From contig JAKATW010000138.1 in NCBI GenBank assembly GCA_021827945.1, positions 1 to 48,651 on the forward strand: a DNA stretch of 48,651 bases, in the 5' to 3' direction. The notes under the pieces were generated by a model. It did not search any database and was not told the DNA's origin. It saw only the letters and a program-made list of their open reading frames with translations. The number at the start of each line of letters is the position of its first letter. Within the stretch, counting starts at the first letter, position 1. Shown here piece after piece: positions 28,451 through 39,138 of the stretch. The DNA is from Thermoplasmata archaeon. Lineage in GTDB: Archaea; Thermoplasmatota; Thermoplasmata; Thermoplasmatales; GCA-001856825. A program made the position numbers and the translations under genes.

Positions 28451-30724
28451 CTAGGCGCCTTCGTCTTTCTTTCCTGCACGGCTTGGACACTTGGAATTCA
28501 GGCACTGCTCCACTTCGCTCTTACCGTACTTGAAGATGGCTATTGGAAAGCCATCGACCACGCACTTTTTGTCTGTCGGAATGACATCCATCTTCTGAGG
28601 GATAGAAAGAGTCACCTTGCAGTTGGGGTAGTTAGAACACCCTATGAAGCGCGTGAACATCTTACTTCTCCTGAGGACAAGATTCCCACCGTCTGAAGGG
28701 CATTTACCAAATATCTCACGACTGGTGTTGTATGAACACTTGTTGTCAACACACCTGATCTCGGGGCGTTCGCCCTTTCTAATCACCCTTATCAAGAAGA
28801 GACCGCAGACTGGGCACTTTTCATCGGTTATCTCAATCTTGCCCGTCCTGGGAAGATACTGGAAGAAGTCATTCAACGGTCCTGTGCACTTTATGAATCT
28901 TGAGTTGTTCCCATAATCGATTATGAGATCTGAACCACATTTCGGACACTTTCCTACGACCTTTTCAAGTTTAAGGGTCTCGTAAAACTTCTCCCTTATC
29001 TTATCCGATTTGTTTACAAGATCATCTAGGAGACCTGTCAGGATCGTTCGACTGTCTTCAATCACCTCTTCTTTTCTCTTTGATCCGGCAGCTATCTGGT
29101 CCATTTCCTGTTCGAGCTTGGCCGTCATATCCGGTCTTGCCACTGCCTCTGAGTTTAAAATAAGCGATTCCCCCATCGCCATTCCAAGCGGTCTTACCCT
29201 GATCGGATTTCCCTCTATGAACCCTCTGTCGTATAGTTTCTGGATGATCTCGTGCCTGGTGCTCTTTGTTCCCAGAAGCTCCTTCTCCATCTTTTCTAGG
29301 AGAGAACCCTGCGAGTACCTCGGAGGTGGGTTCGTATTCTTCTCATCAATCTTTGGCTCCTGGAATTTAATCTCTTGTCCAACATTCAGTTGTGGATCCC
29401 TCTTCTCCTGATAGTAGACGATTGGGTAGTATTCCATCCAACCACTGTTGATTGCCTTAGAGGCGGTGTACAAAAATCTGAGGTCACCTACCTCAGCAAT
29501 GTATTCTGTATCGAGGATATCGGCATTCTCCGCTACTGTGGCCATAAATCTCCTGGCTACCAGATCATATATCTTGAAGTAATCTCCCTTCAGCTCACTC
29601 TTCTTCATTGAGGAGGTAGGATAGACCGGAGGGTGGTCCGTAGTCTCGACTCTTCCCCTTGATGGTATGAGTTTGCTATGTTCCGTCAGATGCTCAACTT
29701 CTTTCTTGAGATACGAATTTGCAAGATTTGAAAGAACAGATTTGACGCTCAGGGTCCTTGGATAAACCGTGTTGTCAGTTCTGGGGTATGATATCTTTCC
29801 GTGCTGGTAAAGTGTCTCCGCTATAGCCATTGCTTTCTCTACTGAAATACCAATCCTGTTTGCATCCCTCAGGAATTCTGTCGTTGAGAAAGGGACAGGT
29901 CGGTATATCTTTCTCTCCCTGTCACTCTTTTCCTTTACCAGAACTGTTCCGCTCTTGTTTATAATTGCAAGCAACTTCTCTGCTTCTTCTCTATTCTTTA
30001 TCGGATTCCCTTCGTAGCTGAACTTCACGCCATTCAATTGAATGCTTAGTTCATAGTATTTCTCCGGTACGAAATCCCTGATCTCTGTCTCCCTTTCCAC
30101 CAGAATGGTCAGAGTTGGACTCTGCACTCTGCCTACTGAAATGAATTCCCCCCCTAGTCTCTTGGTTGTAACGCTGAAGAACCTGGTGAGTGTTGCTCCC
30201 CACATTAGATCTATCACGCCTCTCGCTTCAGCAGAGCCAGCAAGATTATAGTCAACTTCGGTAAGGTTATCGAAAGATTGGGCCAGATCGTATTTTGTAA
30301 GGGCGCTGAATTTCGCTCTCCTAACTCCCTCTTTTCTCTCCATTAATCTCAATGTTTCGACACCGATCAGTTCTCCTTCTCTATCATAATCTGTAGCAAC
30401 GATGACCTCTGAGCTCTCGTTGTTGAGTCTACTGAGAGTGCTGTCAAGTCCCCTGACCTTTACATTCTCTATCGGAGTGGCATGGACAAGGTCTTTCAGG
30501 TTATCGATTCGCCAGTTACTGTATTCCCTTGGATAGTCTAATTCTATGATGTGACCTCGGAGAGACAGGACTGAATATTCCGTACCTCCCCTCTGAAACT
30601 TGAGTATTGTCGAAGCACCAACCTTGGCCCTGCTCACCTTTCCTTCGCTTAGGGCGGTCGCTATCCTGAGTGCTACATTCGCCTTTTCAGCTATAATTAA
30701 GCTCCCCACGGTGACTAAATGCAT
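28451..30724 (-). CDS. topA: DNA topoisomerase I (type IA) with C-terminal zinc ribbons
   Basis: IIAEK, ATDYDREGELI, SVGRVQSPTL, ISYPRTD, LGTKSTR, repeated CPxC ribbons; true start may be a few codons downstream. Confidence 0.95.
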   Translation of the reverse strand: MHLVTVGSLIIAEKANVALRIATALSEGKVSRAKVGASTILKFQRGGTEYSVLSLRGHIIELDYPREYSNWRIDNLKDLVHATPIENVKVRGLDSTLSRLNNESSEVIVATDYDREGELIGVETLRLMERKEGVRRAKFSALTKYDLAQSFDNLTEVDYNLAGSAEARGVIDLMWGATLTRFFSVTTKRLGGEFISVGRVQSPTLTILVERETEIRDFVPEKYYELSIQLNGVKFSYEGNPIKNREEAEKLLAIINKSGTVLVKEKSDRERKIYRPVPFSTTEFLRDANRIGISVEKAMAIAETLYQHGKISYPRTDNTVYPRTLSVKSVLSNLANSYLKKEVEHLTEHSKLIPSRGRVETTDHPPVYPTSSMKKSELKGDYFKIYDLVARRFMATVAENADILDTEYIAEVGDLRFLYTASKAINSGWMEYYPIVYYQEKRDPQLNVGQEIKFQEPKIDEKNTNPPPRYSQGSLLEKMEKELLGTKSTRHEIIQKLYDRGFIEGNPIRVRPLGMAMGESLILNSEAVARPDMTAKLEQEMDQIAAGSKRKEEVIEDSRTILTGLLDDLVNKSDKIREKFYETLKLEKVVGKCPKCGSDLIIDYGNNSRFIKCTGPLNDFFQYLPRTGKIEITDEKCPVCGLFLIRVIRKGERPEIRCVDNKCSYNTSREIFGKCPSDGGNLVLRRSKMFTRFIGCSNYPNCKVTLSIPQKMDVIPTDKKCVVDGFPIAIFKYGKSEVEQCLNSKCPSRAGKKDEGA

Positions 30725-30754
30725 AGGACATATAAAAAAATGCTTGGCTTTTTA

Positions 30755-32425
30755 TCAGTTCAAAATCTTGAATATTATGAGAGAAAGTGCAATTGAGACT
30801 ATTATAGACGCGACGCTCAGTACCTTTGCCTTGTTAGCCGAGCTCCTTATGACCGCGTTGAGTTTTTCCCACTGGTTTTCTCCTGCTACCTTCAGCCAAA
30901 TATCCCTCTTCACGTATTCCAGGTTGCACTCTTTCTGTACAGAAGTTTCATCTTCGAGCTCCTTCACCAACCTGACGATCTCTTCGTGATTGGAGAAAGT
31001 CCCAACCGGGTTGACGTTGAGTCCATTTGTATTTACCACGTGGTTGTCGGTGGTACACACCAATACCCTGTCATATCCCGTGAGGGCACCTTCGACCTTC
31101 ATTCTCAGCCCGTACTCCATGTTGTTTCCGTCCATGAGTATGATTGCGAGTCTCTTTGAACCTGCAGAGAGAGAGACAAAAGAGATCCCCCCTGGACCGA
31201 GATCCTTGTAATCGGGAGTCCTCCTGCTGTGGGCGACCAGAAACGACTTTTTGTTCTTCCTGCTCTTTACGGCCTGCTCTACTTCCTCAATCAGATAGGA
31301 AACGTCTTCCAGCTCTCTCGGTTCTTCCATATTGTTGTTGTGTTGGTCGACGGTTATTGCCCACTTTAGACCGAGAGATTTGGCTTTTCTAACAATCTTT
31401 CTTCCCTCGGTAATCTTCACGTCATCAAATCTCGGGTCATCCGGCGAAAGGAAGAATATTCCTCCCTCACCGAGCGGCAGAAACGTAAGATACCTCCCAA
31501 AGTAAGGCTCATAGCAGTAGCTGAATTCTTTTCCCTTTTCGTTCAGGACATTAGATATTTTCGCCATCTCGGTGTCTCCGGCACAGTTATCGTCATGGGT
31601 GGTTGTTGTGTGAAATACCAGGAGACTTTGATCGTTGTGGTTTCTCTGGAGTTTTGCGGTAATGTTGGAACTGCCAAGGTCCCCGAGAGGTCCAGGGTGA
31701 ACATAGGGAAACACCATCGTGAATCTCTGCAAGTCGGACTTTACTCTAACTACCGATATCTCTCGTGGGGCCAGCGTCGTGTAGAGATCCTCAAAGAAAT
31801 TCTTTAACACGACATTGTAAGAGATGTCAGAGGTTACTGTGTTGACAAACTCTCGCAGAATCTTTATTGGGTCGGTACTGAATTCCTTCACAAATTTTGA
31901 TACAGAAAGCTTTACAAATAAGTGAGAAGAGAGCGCATATACTATGGAAGAAAGTATGAGTGGAGCTATATATATTGCATACTTCGGTTCAATCAGTAAT
32001 GTATACAGGGAAAAGAACAGTGAAAAAGAGATTGCGATCACATGGGTCAAAATGACGTTCTTCCCCGCAAACGTAAGATAGACCAGCGTCCGCAAGAAAG
32101 GGATCGTCGTTATTGAGACGAGGAGTGCAACTGGTGGCCCAAGAAAGTGAAAGGCTATGACGATGAAGTAGAAGATCGTAGCAAGATAGAGGGTGACGAG
32201 ATTGAGGAATAATACTCTGGTAATGGGAAACTTGAATTTGAATAATCTTGGAGCAACTATGTCCCATATGATTAGTGATGCCACCGAAAGGGTATAGATG
32301 AGAGTGAACCTCAAGTCACGTGAAGATACGTAGAAGATGGGTATGAGCACGACTATGAGGGGCAGTGCGAGATAGGATTTTGGAGAATGAAATGCGAATC
32401 TTCTTAGTCGTTGACTCTCATTCAA
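30755..32425 (-). CDS. DUF2070 family membrane protein
   Basis: N-terminal TM helices, VHPGP.G..GSS, H..TTHD, VDQHN, DGNNM, TTDNH motifs. Confidence 0.8.
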   Translation of the reverse strand: MNESQRLRRFAFHSPKSYLALPLIVVLIPIFYVSSRDLRFTLIYTLSVASLIIWDIVAPRLFKFKFPITRVLFLNLVTLYLATIFYFIVIAFHFLGPPVALLVSITTIPFLRTLVYLTFAGKNVILTHVIAISFSLFFSLYTLLIEPKYAIYIAPLILSSIVYALSSHLFVKLSVSKFVKEFSTDPIKILREFVNTVTSDISYNVVLKNFFEDLYTTLAPREISVVRVKSDLQRFTMVFPYVHPGPLGDLGSSNITAKLQRNHNDQSLLVFHTTTTHDDNCAGDTEMAKISNVLNEKGKEFSYCYEPYFGRYLTFLPLGEGGIFFLSPDDPRFDDVKITEGRKIVRKAKSLGLKWAITVDQHNNNMEEPRELEDVSYLIEEVEQAVKSRKNKKSFLVAHSRRTPDYKDLGPGGISFVSLSAGSKRLAIILMDGNNMEYGLRMKVEGALTGYDRVLVCTTDNHVVNTNGLNVNPVGTFSNHEEIVRLVKELEDETSVQKECNLEYVKRDIWLKVAGENQWEKLNAVIRSSANKAKVLSVASIIVSIALSLIIFKILN

Positions 32426-32456
32426 TCAAATCGTAGGTAAATAAGGACTTTATTAT

Positions 32457-33458
32457 TTATTTTGTCACAAGATAGTGAAGGGACAGTGAACCTACTATCA
32501 GATTGAAGTAGAACGTGATAAAGCGCCAAATTATGACGAATGCCACAATTCCCCCATGGGGCAAAAAGACTGAGAAAGTAGCGATCATCAGCACTTCCAT
32601 GATTCCAGCCGACCCTGGAGTAACTGGGATCAGGGATATCAAAACCAGTATTATCTGGATGAATATAATGTCCAAAAGATTGGGCATGACCCCAAAACCG
32701 ATCAGTAGCGCGGTCGGTACCATGAAGTCTGAGATCCACAAGAGTGACGTGACCAAGACGCCAATGATCAGGGCACCGGGGTGGTGCAGGAATATCTTCT
32801 TAGTCGATGAGGCATAGATTTCTATGTGTTCAAAGACTTTTGGTAGAGATTCCTCGTATTTCTTGCCCTTCCTGTCAAATCTCCGTGCCACCCTTTCGAT
32901 CCAACTCTTCAATCTATTCATCAATGAACTCGCACCCATGGACACCAGAAGGAATGAAAGGAACAACACCAACAGTACCGTCCCAATCATCGCGAGAATC
33001 CTCAGATCACCAGATAATGTCTCCAAACCAGTCAGAATTGCGAATGCGAAGACGCCAACGAAGAATATTGAGTCGAACCCTCGTTCGCCAAGAGCAATGG
33101 CTGTGGCAGTACCTGCGGGTTCACCGTAGTCTATCAATTTCTTAATTCTGACAGGTTCGCCTCCCACATATCCGGGAGTGATGGAAGCAGCAAAGAGTGA
33201 AGTCATGACCGCTATGAACGATTTGAAGAACGATATCTTGTAGCCGTTTGTGCGGGAGAGTAGCTTAATTCTTAATCCCCAGAAGAGGAAAGAAACAACA
33301 TGCAGGGCGAGCGCAGCAAGAAAAAATATGTAGAAGTCCGAGGGGAGAGTGGAGAACGTACGTAAGAGGTTCTCTGGTCCGTAAACGAATATGAATATCA
33401 GCAGAGTGACCGCAGATACTGCAATCCCAAGGAACTTACTGCCTGATCTTAAGTTCAA
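32457..33458 (-). CDS. Flippase-like membrane protein (UPF0104 / LPG-synthase TM family)
   Basis: ITPGYVGGEPVR, ER.FD, PVTPGSAGIME, WRFITFY. Confidence 0.88.
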   Translation of the reverse strand: MNLRSGSKFLGIAVSAVTLLIFIFVYGPENLLRTFSTLPSDFYIFFLAALALHVVSFLFWGLRIKLLSRTNGYKISFFKSFIAVMTSLFAASITPGYVGGEPVRIKKLIDYGEPAGTATAIALGERGFDSIFFVGVFAFAILTGLETLSGDLRILAMIGTVLLVLFLSFLLVSMGASSLMNRLKSWIERVARRFDRKGKKYEESLPKVFEHIEIYASSTKKIFLHHPGALIIGVLVTSLLWISDFMVPTALLIGFGVMPNLLDIIFIQIILVLISLIPVTPGSAGIMEVLMIATFSVFLPHGGIVAFVIIWRFITFYFNLIVGSLSLHYLVTK

Positions 33459-34509
33459 TTAGTTCACCATAAATCGCCTCTAACAGATCTGCGGTAGTCT
33501 GAATTGAATAATTCATGCTGGATCTTCGCGCGTTCTCGGAATACGATCTCATATCCAACCCATCCAACTCCCGTATCTTGCTTACGAGCGATTCCGGATC
33601 ACCGTATTTTACAAACCAACCGTTATAGTCGTCCCTCAAGATTCCTATCTCTCTTGTCTCCGATGACCCCACTACCGGTGTGCCCGAAGCCATAGCTTCG
33701 ATGAAAACCACTCCAAAAGTTTCAGCCCTTGAAGGGGCAACAAGCAATTTTGCATTCTTCAATAGATCAATCTTATCCTGCTCCGACACATATCCAAGGT
33801 ACTCTATATTTCTGTACCTGTTGGCGTAGTCCTTCACGCTGTCCCTCAGTGGACCAGTGCCAGCAATCTTGAATTCCTTATTGGGAAGCCTAGCTGCTGC
33901 TTCAAGCAGTTCCAACACTCCTTTGTCCTGAGTAAGCCGTCCGATAAACAGGTAGTAATCTTCCTTGTTTTCATTATAGACAAATTTACTTAGATCGATG
34001 CCTACTGGCACTATCTTCGACTTATTTCCAAAGTCAGAGAGATGGTCCGCAACCAATTTGGAAGGTGAAATAACCATATCCAGTTTCGCATACAGATGCA
34101 TGTTGTACTGGAATCCAATGTTCAGGATGCTCTTGATGAAGGGAAATCTGACCGTGTTGTCCATGTTGACAAAATCGGTGTGGTAGGTACCGATGGTGGG
34201 AATGTTTCTTTTCCTTGCATATCTATAGCCCATTGTGCCCAGGGTGAAGGGGGTGTGAATGTGTATAACCTGTGGGTCAAACCGCTCGAGGTCCCTGTAC
34301 ATCTCATATACCGGGATTCCCACCCTGTATTCCTTGTAAAGGGGGAATCGATAAGAAGGTAGTCCGAAAACACCATCATTGGTAGAAAATACCGTATAGA
34401 CCCTAACGGAGTGCCCTCTCTTTTCCAGCTCGACCTTGTAATCTACTAGATGATTTGCTACACCGTCAGCTATCGGGTGGTACGTATCGCTGCATAGGGC
34501 TATTCGCAT
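33436..34509 (-). CDS. GT4 family glycosyltransferase
   Basis: SDTYHP..DGV, IHIHTPF, TYHT, GRL..DKG, ETFGVVFIEAMASGTPV. Confidence 0.92.
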   Translation of the reverse strand: MRIALCSDTYHPIADGVANHLVDYKVELEKRGHSVRVYTVFSTNDGVFGLPSYRFPLYKEYRVGIPVYEMYRDLERFDPQVIHIHTPFTLGTMGYRYARKRNIPTIGTYHTDFVNMDNTVRFPFIKSILNIGFQYNMHLYAKLDMVISPSKLVADHLSDFGNKSKIVPVGIDLSKFVYNENKEDYYLFIGRLTQDKGVLELLEAAARLPNKEFKIAGTGPLRDSVKDYANRYRNIEYLGYVSEQDKIDLLKNAKLLVAPSRAETFGVVFIEAMASGTPVVGSSETREIGILRDDYNGWFVKYGDPESLVSKIRELDGLDMRSYSENARRSSMNYSIQTTADLLEAIYGELIELKIRQ

Positions 34510-35416
34510 TGAGCGTCGTGTGACCGATATTTTTACGATTATAAAGATATATCTTACTCACCAGTGTGGCTTGTTCTATGAAATTCGTCTCCGAAGGTTC
34601 TCTGAAACACTGTATGAAACAGTCATTGCAGGTGTTGGTGTAGTCGTCCCACTTCCTATTTGAGTTCAGCTTCTTTGCCGTCTTGTAGAAGCACGGATAT
34701 ACGTCTCCGTGGTAGTCTGCATAGAAGACCTCTTCCCCCGCCCGGCATCTCTGAACATCCCTCTTTTCCAGCCAGTCTACTGCCTCCTTGTAGTAGGTCC
34801 TGGTATTCCCGAACTTGAATTCTTTGTATTTCTCAAATGCAAAGTTGAATGCTTCCTTTATCTGATCGTTCTCGACTGGCACTTTTTCGTAGTAATACGA
34901 GCTGTTGTCCGGGAAGCACATTGATACAGGAAGACCCAGTTCATTGTTCACAAAATTGGCGTATTCTCCAATCTTATCGTAATTGAAATCCGTGACAAGG
35001 ATGTTTGAAGTAAGAACCTTCACTTTTGGCTTAAGGTACCTCATGCTTTCGACTACAATATCGAATATCTTTCTTCCCCTGTATTCATTATGGAGTTCTG
35101 GAATGTGACTATCAAGGCTGATAGTAGCAGCGTCCAAATATGGGTAAATTTTGCTTAGGACAAACTTGTTTGTTCCATTCGTTGCGATATGGGTCATGAA
35201 CTTATGTTCCTTTAGCGTCTTGAGAATCCTCGGTAGGTCAGGATGAAGTGTTGGTTCTCCTCCGGTGACTGATACGATTTTGACCTTGTTGTACTTCATT
35301 TCGTCTATGAAATCTTCGATCTTATCCTTGGGAAAGAGAACATTGCCTTCGAAGGCGTTGCAGCCCTTACAAAGAAGATTGCATTTGAAATCGATGTTCC
35401 ATATGACTGTCTTCAT
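34466..35416 (-). CDS. Radical SAM protein with twitch/SPASM-like C-terminus
   Basis: CNLLCKGC, TGGEPTLH, TNG, ISLDS, CRAG...GDVYPC, CNDC..C. Confidence 0.9.
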   Translation of the reverse strand: MKTVIWNIDFKCNLLCKGCNAFEGNVLFPKDKIEDFIDEMKYNKVKIVSVTGGEPTLHPDLPRILKTLKEHKFMTHIATNGTNKFVLSKIYPYLDAATISLDSHIPELHNEYRGRKIFDIVVESMRYLKPKVKVLTSNILVTDFNYDKIGEYANFVNNELGLPVSMCFPDNSSYYYEKVPVENDQIKEAFNFAFEKYKEFKFGNTRTYYKEAVDWLEKRDVQRCRAGEEVFYADYHGDVYPCFYKTAKKLNSNRKWDDYTNTCNDCFIQCFREPSETNFIEQATLVSKIYLYNRKNIGHTTLNANSPMQRYVPPDS

Positions 35417-35467
35417 TGGTCGTTGAAATGATGTTTGGATATAAATAAATTTAAGTTCTGAGAGCTA

Positions 35468-36424
35468 CTAATTCTTCGTTCTCTTGAGAATGTACTCGGT
35501 GAAATAACTGATCACGATATCCGCCCCTGCCCTGAATATTGAACTCAGAGACTCGTCGACAACGGAATCGAGGTCTATGATACCTTTTTCTGCTGCAGAC
35601 TTGATCAATGAATACTCTGCGCTGACGTTGTATGCAGCAATCGGTAGAAGGAACCTGTTCCTGGCTTCCTTTATGATGTCGAGATAAAAGAGTGCGGGTT
35701 TCACCATTACGACGTCCGCTCCCTCCTCCACGTCTAATTCAATCTCACGGATCGCCTCCCTTGTGTTTGAGTATGGCATCTGATATGTTCTCCTGTCGCC
35801 GAAAGATGGCGTGGAAAACACCGCCTCCCTGAAAGGGGCGTACATGGAACTCGAGAACTTTGCGCTGTATGCCAGAATGAGTGTTTCCTCAAAACCTGTC
35901 GAATCGAGTTCCTTCCTGATCCTCCCAACCTGGCCGTCCATCATTCCGGAGGGCGCGACCCCGTCCACTCCAGCTTCTGCGTAGCTCTTTGCAATCTTCG
36001 CGTAAGTTTCAAGGGTAGAGTCGTTGTCCACGTTCCTCCCGTTTAATATACCGCAGTGACCGTGATCCGTATATTCACAGAGGCAAAGATCAGTGAAAAC
36101 GGCAAGATCTGTCTCTCTCTTGATCTCCCTTACTGCCCTCTGGACTATCCCGTTCTTTTCGTAAGAGGTAGATCCGGTTGCGTCCTTGTGGTTCGGAACG
36201 CCAAACAGCAGAACAGACTTGACTCCGATGTCCTCGTATTCCTTCACCTTGTCCACGAGGCCTCCCAGCGGAAGCCTGAATACGTCGGGCATGTTCTTTA
36301 TTTCTTCCGGTCTTGAAATGTTCTCGTCGACGAAAAGGGGCATTATTAGTTTGTTTGCCCTTATCTCAGTGTCTGAAAAAACCTCTCTGATCCTAGGCGA
36401 TTTTCTTAACCTTCTTAGCCTCAT
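35468..36424 (-). CDS. hemB: Porphobilinogen synthase (Zn-type)
   Basis: RLRRLR, DLCLCEYTDHGHCG, PSGMMDG, MVKPA, YNVSAEY. Confidence 0.97.
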   Translation of the reverse strand: MRLRRLRKSPRIREVFSDTEIRANKLIMPLFVDENISRPEEIKNMPDVFRLPLGGLVDKVKEYEDIGVKSVLLFGVPNHKDATGSTSYEKNGIVQRAVREIKRETDLAVFTDLCLCEYTDHGHCGILNGRNVDNDSTLETYAKIAKSYAEAGVDGVAPSGMMDGQVGRIRKELDSTGFEETLILAYSAKFSSSMYAPFREAVFSTPSFGDRRTYQMPYSNTREAIREIELDVEEGADVVMVKPALFYLDIIKEARNRFLLPIAAYNVSAEYSLIKSAAEKGIIDLDSVVDESLSSIFRAGADIVISYFTEYILKRTKN

Positions 36425-37616
36425 ATCTGGAAAAGTTTTCGTTCAATATCATCTCCATATTCGTTACTGTTTCCGATGATCTGATGTCCTTCGCATTCTT
36501 TATACCATTGATTACAAATCCGAGCAGTTTGTTCCTTGTCGATTCCAGTCCCTTTCTTATCTGTGCAGAATTCCCACCGTCAACGGTCTTCTTATCGAAA
36601 TACTTCATCTCCTCCTCAATGACCTCGTTCGAATAATCGAATATCTTCTTCAGGAATTCCTCTCTCTCCACATTCATCAACTTGCGAGAGAATTTCTCGA
36701 ATTCGTTGTTCACTGTTTTTAGGCTCTTGGTTGCATAATCGTTCTTGACGTCATCCTTCCTAGTTATCTTCCTGGATAGTGTTTCCATGTTCACTAGGCT
36801 GACACCCTTGGGGACTTCACTGCGTACGTTTGCAGGAACTCCCAGGTCCAGGATCGTCTTGATCTTTGAGTTCAGCAGGTCTCCTTTCCCAAGGAGAGGT
36901 TCTGAAGCTTTTGTGGCCGTTATGACCACATCGTAGGATTTCCACTTGGTCTTTTCGAACTTCTCGACCTCTGCACCGAAGGCCTTCGATATCTCCTTCG
37001 CCCTCTCGAGTGACCTGTTGCTTACTGAGAAATGAATTCCTCTTCTCGAAAGGAAACTGGCTATCTGTGTGCCCAGGTCCCCCGCACCTATAACGAGAAC
37101 CGTCTGACCCGGAATGATATTTATCTGGTCTAGCGCTTCCCCGGCAACGCTCTTTGCCCGCTGTCCGTTGCCGTTTTCTCTTCTCGCCTTCCTTCCCACC
37201 TCAAGAGACTTTTTCAGTACTTCGTTGAGATTTGTTCCGGAAAGCCCCCTCCTCCTTGAAACATTCCAGGCCTCCCTGACCTGCGCAAGAATCTCACTCT
37301 CACCTATCACCATGGAGTCTAGTCCGGCCGTGACCAGGAACAGGTGTTTTATTGCATCCAGTCCGTGAACCACGCTATGCTTCATCGACCTGTCCCTGAT
37401 GAAATCCTCCAGGAACTCCACCGTCTCTCTGTCCCCAGGATAGAAATAAATCTCAAACCTGTTACACGTCCACAAAACAAGGGCCTCTTCTATTCTTTCG
37501 TTCTTCCTGATATAATCGTAAACTTCCTCTAGCTGAAAGTCCTTGATTGTCGAAAAATAAAGAGAGCCCAGGTCTCCGTAGGTCACCCTTATAAGGAATA
37601 TACCCCCTTTCTCCAA
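36393..37616 (-). CDS. hemA: Glutamyl-tRNA reductase
   Basis: TCNRFE, HLF.V.AGLDSMVIGESEILAQV, GAG..G Rossmann motif, DLGVP. Confidence 0.92.
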   Translation of the reverse strand: MEKGGIFLIRVTYGDLGSLYFSTIKDFQLEEVYDYIRKNERIEEALVLWTCNRFEIYFYPGDRETVEFLEDFIRDRSMKHSVVHGLDAIKHLFLVTAGLDSMVIGESEILAQVREAWNVSRRRGLSGTNLNEVLKKSLEVGRKARRENGNGQRAKSVAGEALDQINIIPGQTVLVIGAGDLGTQIASFLSRRGIHFSVSNRSLERAKEISKAFGAEVEKFEKTKWKSYDVVITATKASEPLLGKGDLLNSKIKTILDLGVPANVRSEVPKGVSLVNMETLSRKITRKDDVKNDYATKSLKTVNNEFEKFSRKLMNVEREEFLKKIFDYSNEVIEEEMKYFDKKTVDGGNSAQIRKGLESTRNKLLGFVINGIKNAKDIRSSETVTNMEMILNENFSRYEAKKVKKIA

Positions 37617-37652
37617 TTTATCGCACCTAAATCTGAAACGCAGACAACATAT

Positions 37653-38303
37653 TTACCTTTTTGTGGCTAGTTTAGAGAGTATATCCTTTATGTCCGGAAT
37701 TTCAAATGTTTCCGTTGGAATGTAACCCATTCTTTTCATGGTCTCTTCCGTTGGTTTCCCTATAGCGTATAGCTCCTTGGAATTTATTAAGCTCTCTGCA
37801 TTTTTGATCAGAATTTCGAAAGACCTGGAAGAGCCTACCAGAATCTCCTTCACGTCTCTCAGAGGCCCATAGTTCACACTTTCGTTTTCTTCGATTCTGT
37901 AAGCAATTGTCTGTTTCACCCTGACCCCAGATTCCTGAAGTTTGACAAGCAATTTCTTCGAAACCTGATCGCTACCTATGATATTCACCGACCCTTCGGA
38001 ACCGACAATGAGGTCTGCAAGACCGCTAGAATCTTGAATTTCTGGGACTTCACAATCTTTAGAATAGAGCTTCTCCAGATAGTCTGAAGTCTGTCTTCCG
38101 ATGCAGTATATTCTACTGCTCTTTATTGAAACGTTAGACATCTTCAGGGAGGTGATCCCTCTCTTTGAAGTGAACACTATAGGTCCGTCGACGCTCTTGA
38201 TATCAGATAGATCTCGGTACACAATCCTCAACACCGGGATTTGTATCACTCCTTCCGGTTCTTTGTCAAGGGGTGCGCCCACATAGGCAACCTTACGATC
38301 CAA
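37653..38303 (-). CDS. hemD: Uroporphyrinogen-III synthase
   Basis: VFTSKRGI, CIGRQT, AY, AIGKPT motifs; follows hemC. Confidence 0.8.
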   Translation of the reverse strand: MDRKVAYVGAPLDKEPEGVIQIPVLRIVYRDLSDIKSVDGPIVFTSKRGITSLKMSNVSIKSSRIYCIGRQTSDYLEKLYSKDCEVPEIQDSSGLADLIVGSEGSVNIIGSDQVSKKLLVKLQESGVRVKQTIAYRIEENESVNYGPLRDVKEILVGSSRSFEILIKNAESLINSKELYAIGKPTEETMKRMGYIPTETFEIPDIKDILSKLATKR

Positions 38304-39138
38304 TTATATCCCTCAGTCTCTTCACATCTGGTTCTTCTATCTTCCCTTTGAATGAAAAGTCGAACCGCCTCTCCTCATTGGCATAGGCGAACTTCACCAC
38401 CTTACTAGAGTAAACCGCCCTGATACTGGCTGCAAGATTGCATCCAAGCTGTAATCGGACCATCAAGTCTCTTTCTCTCGATGCTTCCCATAACGATTCC
38501 TGGTCCTGAATCTTCTTTAACTTCCTTTCGATCTCGCTACCCCGAAGGGTGACGACTGCAATGAACCCCTGATTAGGGTCGGGAGGACATATCTCCTCAG
38601 CTAGTGCTTCCCCCGGAGGGATAAGGTTCAAACGATCCAGCGCTGCTTTCGCGACGACTATTGCCCCGATATCCCCTCTCTCCCACTTTCTGACCCTCGT
38701 ATCAATATTTCCCCTTATGTTCTCAAATTTCAGACCCCTGTTGTGTAAACTCAGGAATACCTTCCTCCTGATTGAGCTCGAACCCACGGACCCGGAGAAG
38801 CTGGATATATTCACATGTGAGACGAAATAATCCCGGGGGTCTGCCCTCTTCGAAAAATAGCTTATGACAAGTTCTTGATCGATTTCGTTTGGGATGTCTT
38901 TGGCGGAATGAACTGCCGCTTCAACTTCCCCGCTGAGAATCTTATCGTTCAGTCTCTTGACAAATACTCCCTGCTCTTTCATCTTGTATAGCGGAGTCTC
39001 AGTATCGTGTTCTCCGTGGGATTCTATTACCACGGCAGTGCTCTTGATTTTCTGAAATTCCAGATCTCCTGAAATTATTTCATACTGCTTCAGGGCAAGC
39101 CTGGATCCCCTCGTAGCTATTCTCAGTGTGCCTTCCAT
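38293..39138 (-). CDS. hemC: Hydroxymethylbilane synthase
   Basis: IATRGSRLALKQ, GVFVK, VHSAKD, GSSSIRR, IRGNIDTR, LGC. Confidence 0.95.
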   Translation of the reverse strand: MEGTLRIATRGSRLALKQYEIISGDLEFQKIKSTAVVIESHGEHDTETPLYKMKEQGVFVKRLNDKILSGEVEAAVHSAKDIPNEIDQELVISYFSKRADPRDYFVSHVNISSFSGSVGSSSIRRKVFLSLHNRGLKFENIRGNIDTRVRKWERGDIGAIVVAKAALDRLNLIPPGEALAEEICPPDPNQGFIAVVTLRGSEIERKLKKIQDQESLWEASRERDLMVRLQLGCNLAASIRAVYSSKVVKFAYANEERRFDFSFKGKIEEPDVKRLRDIIGS

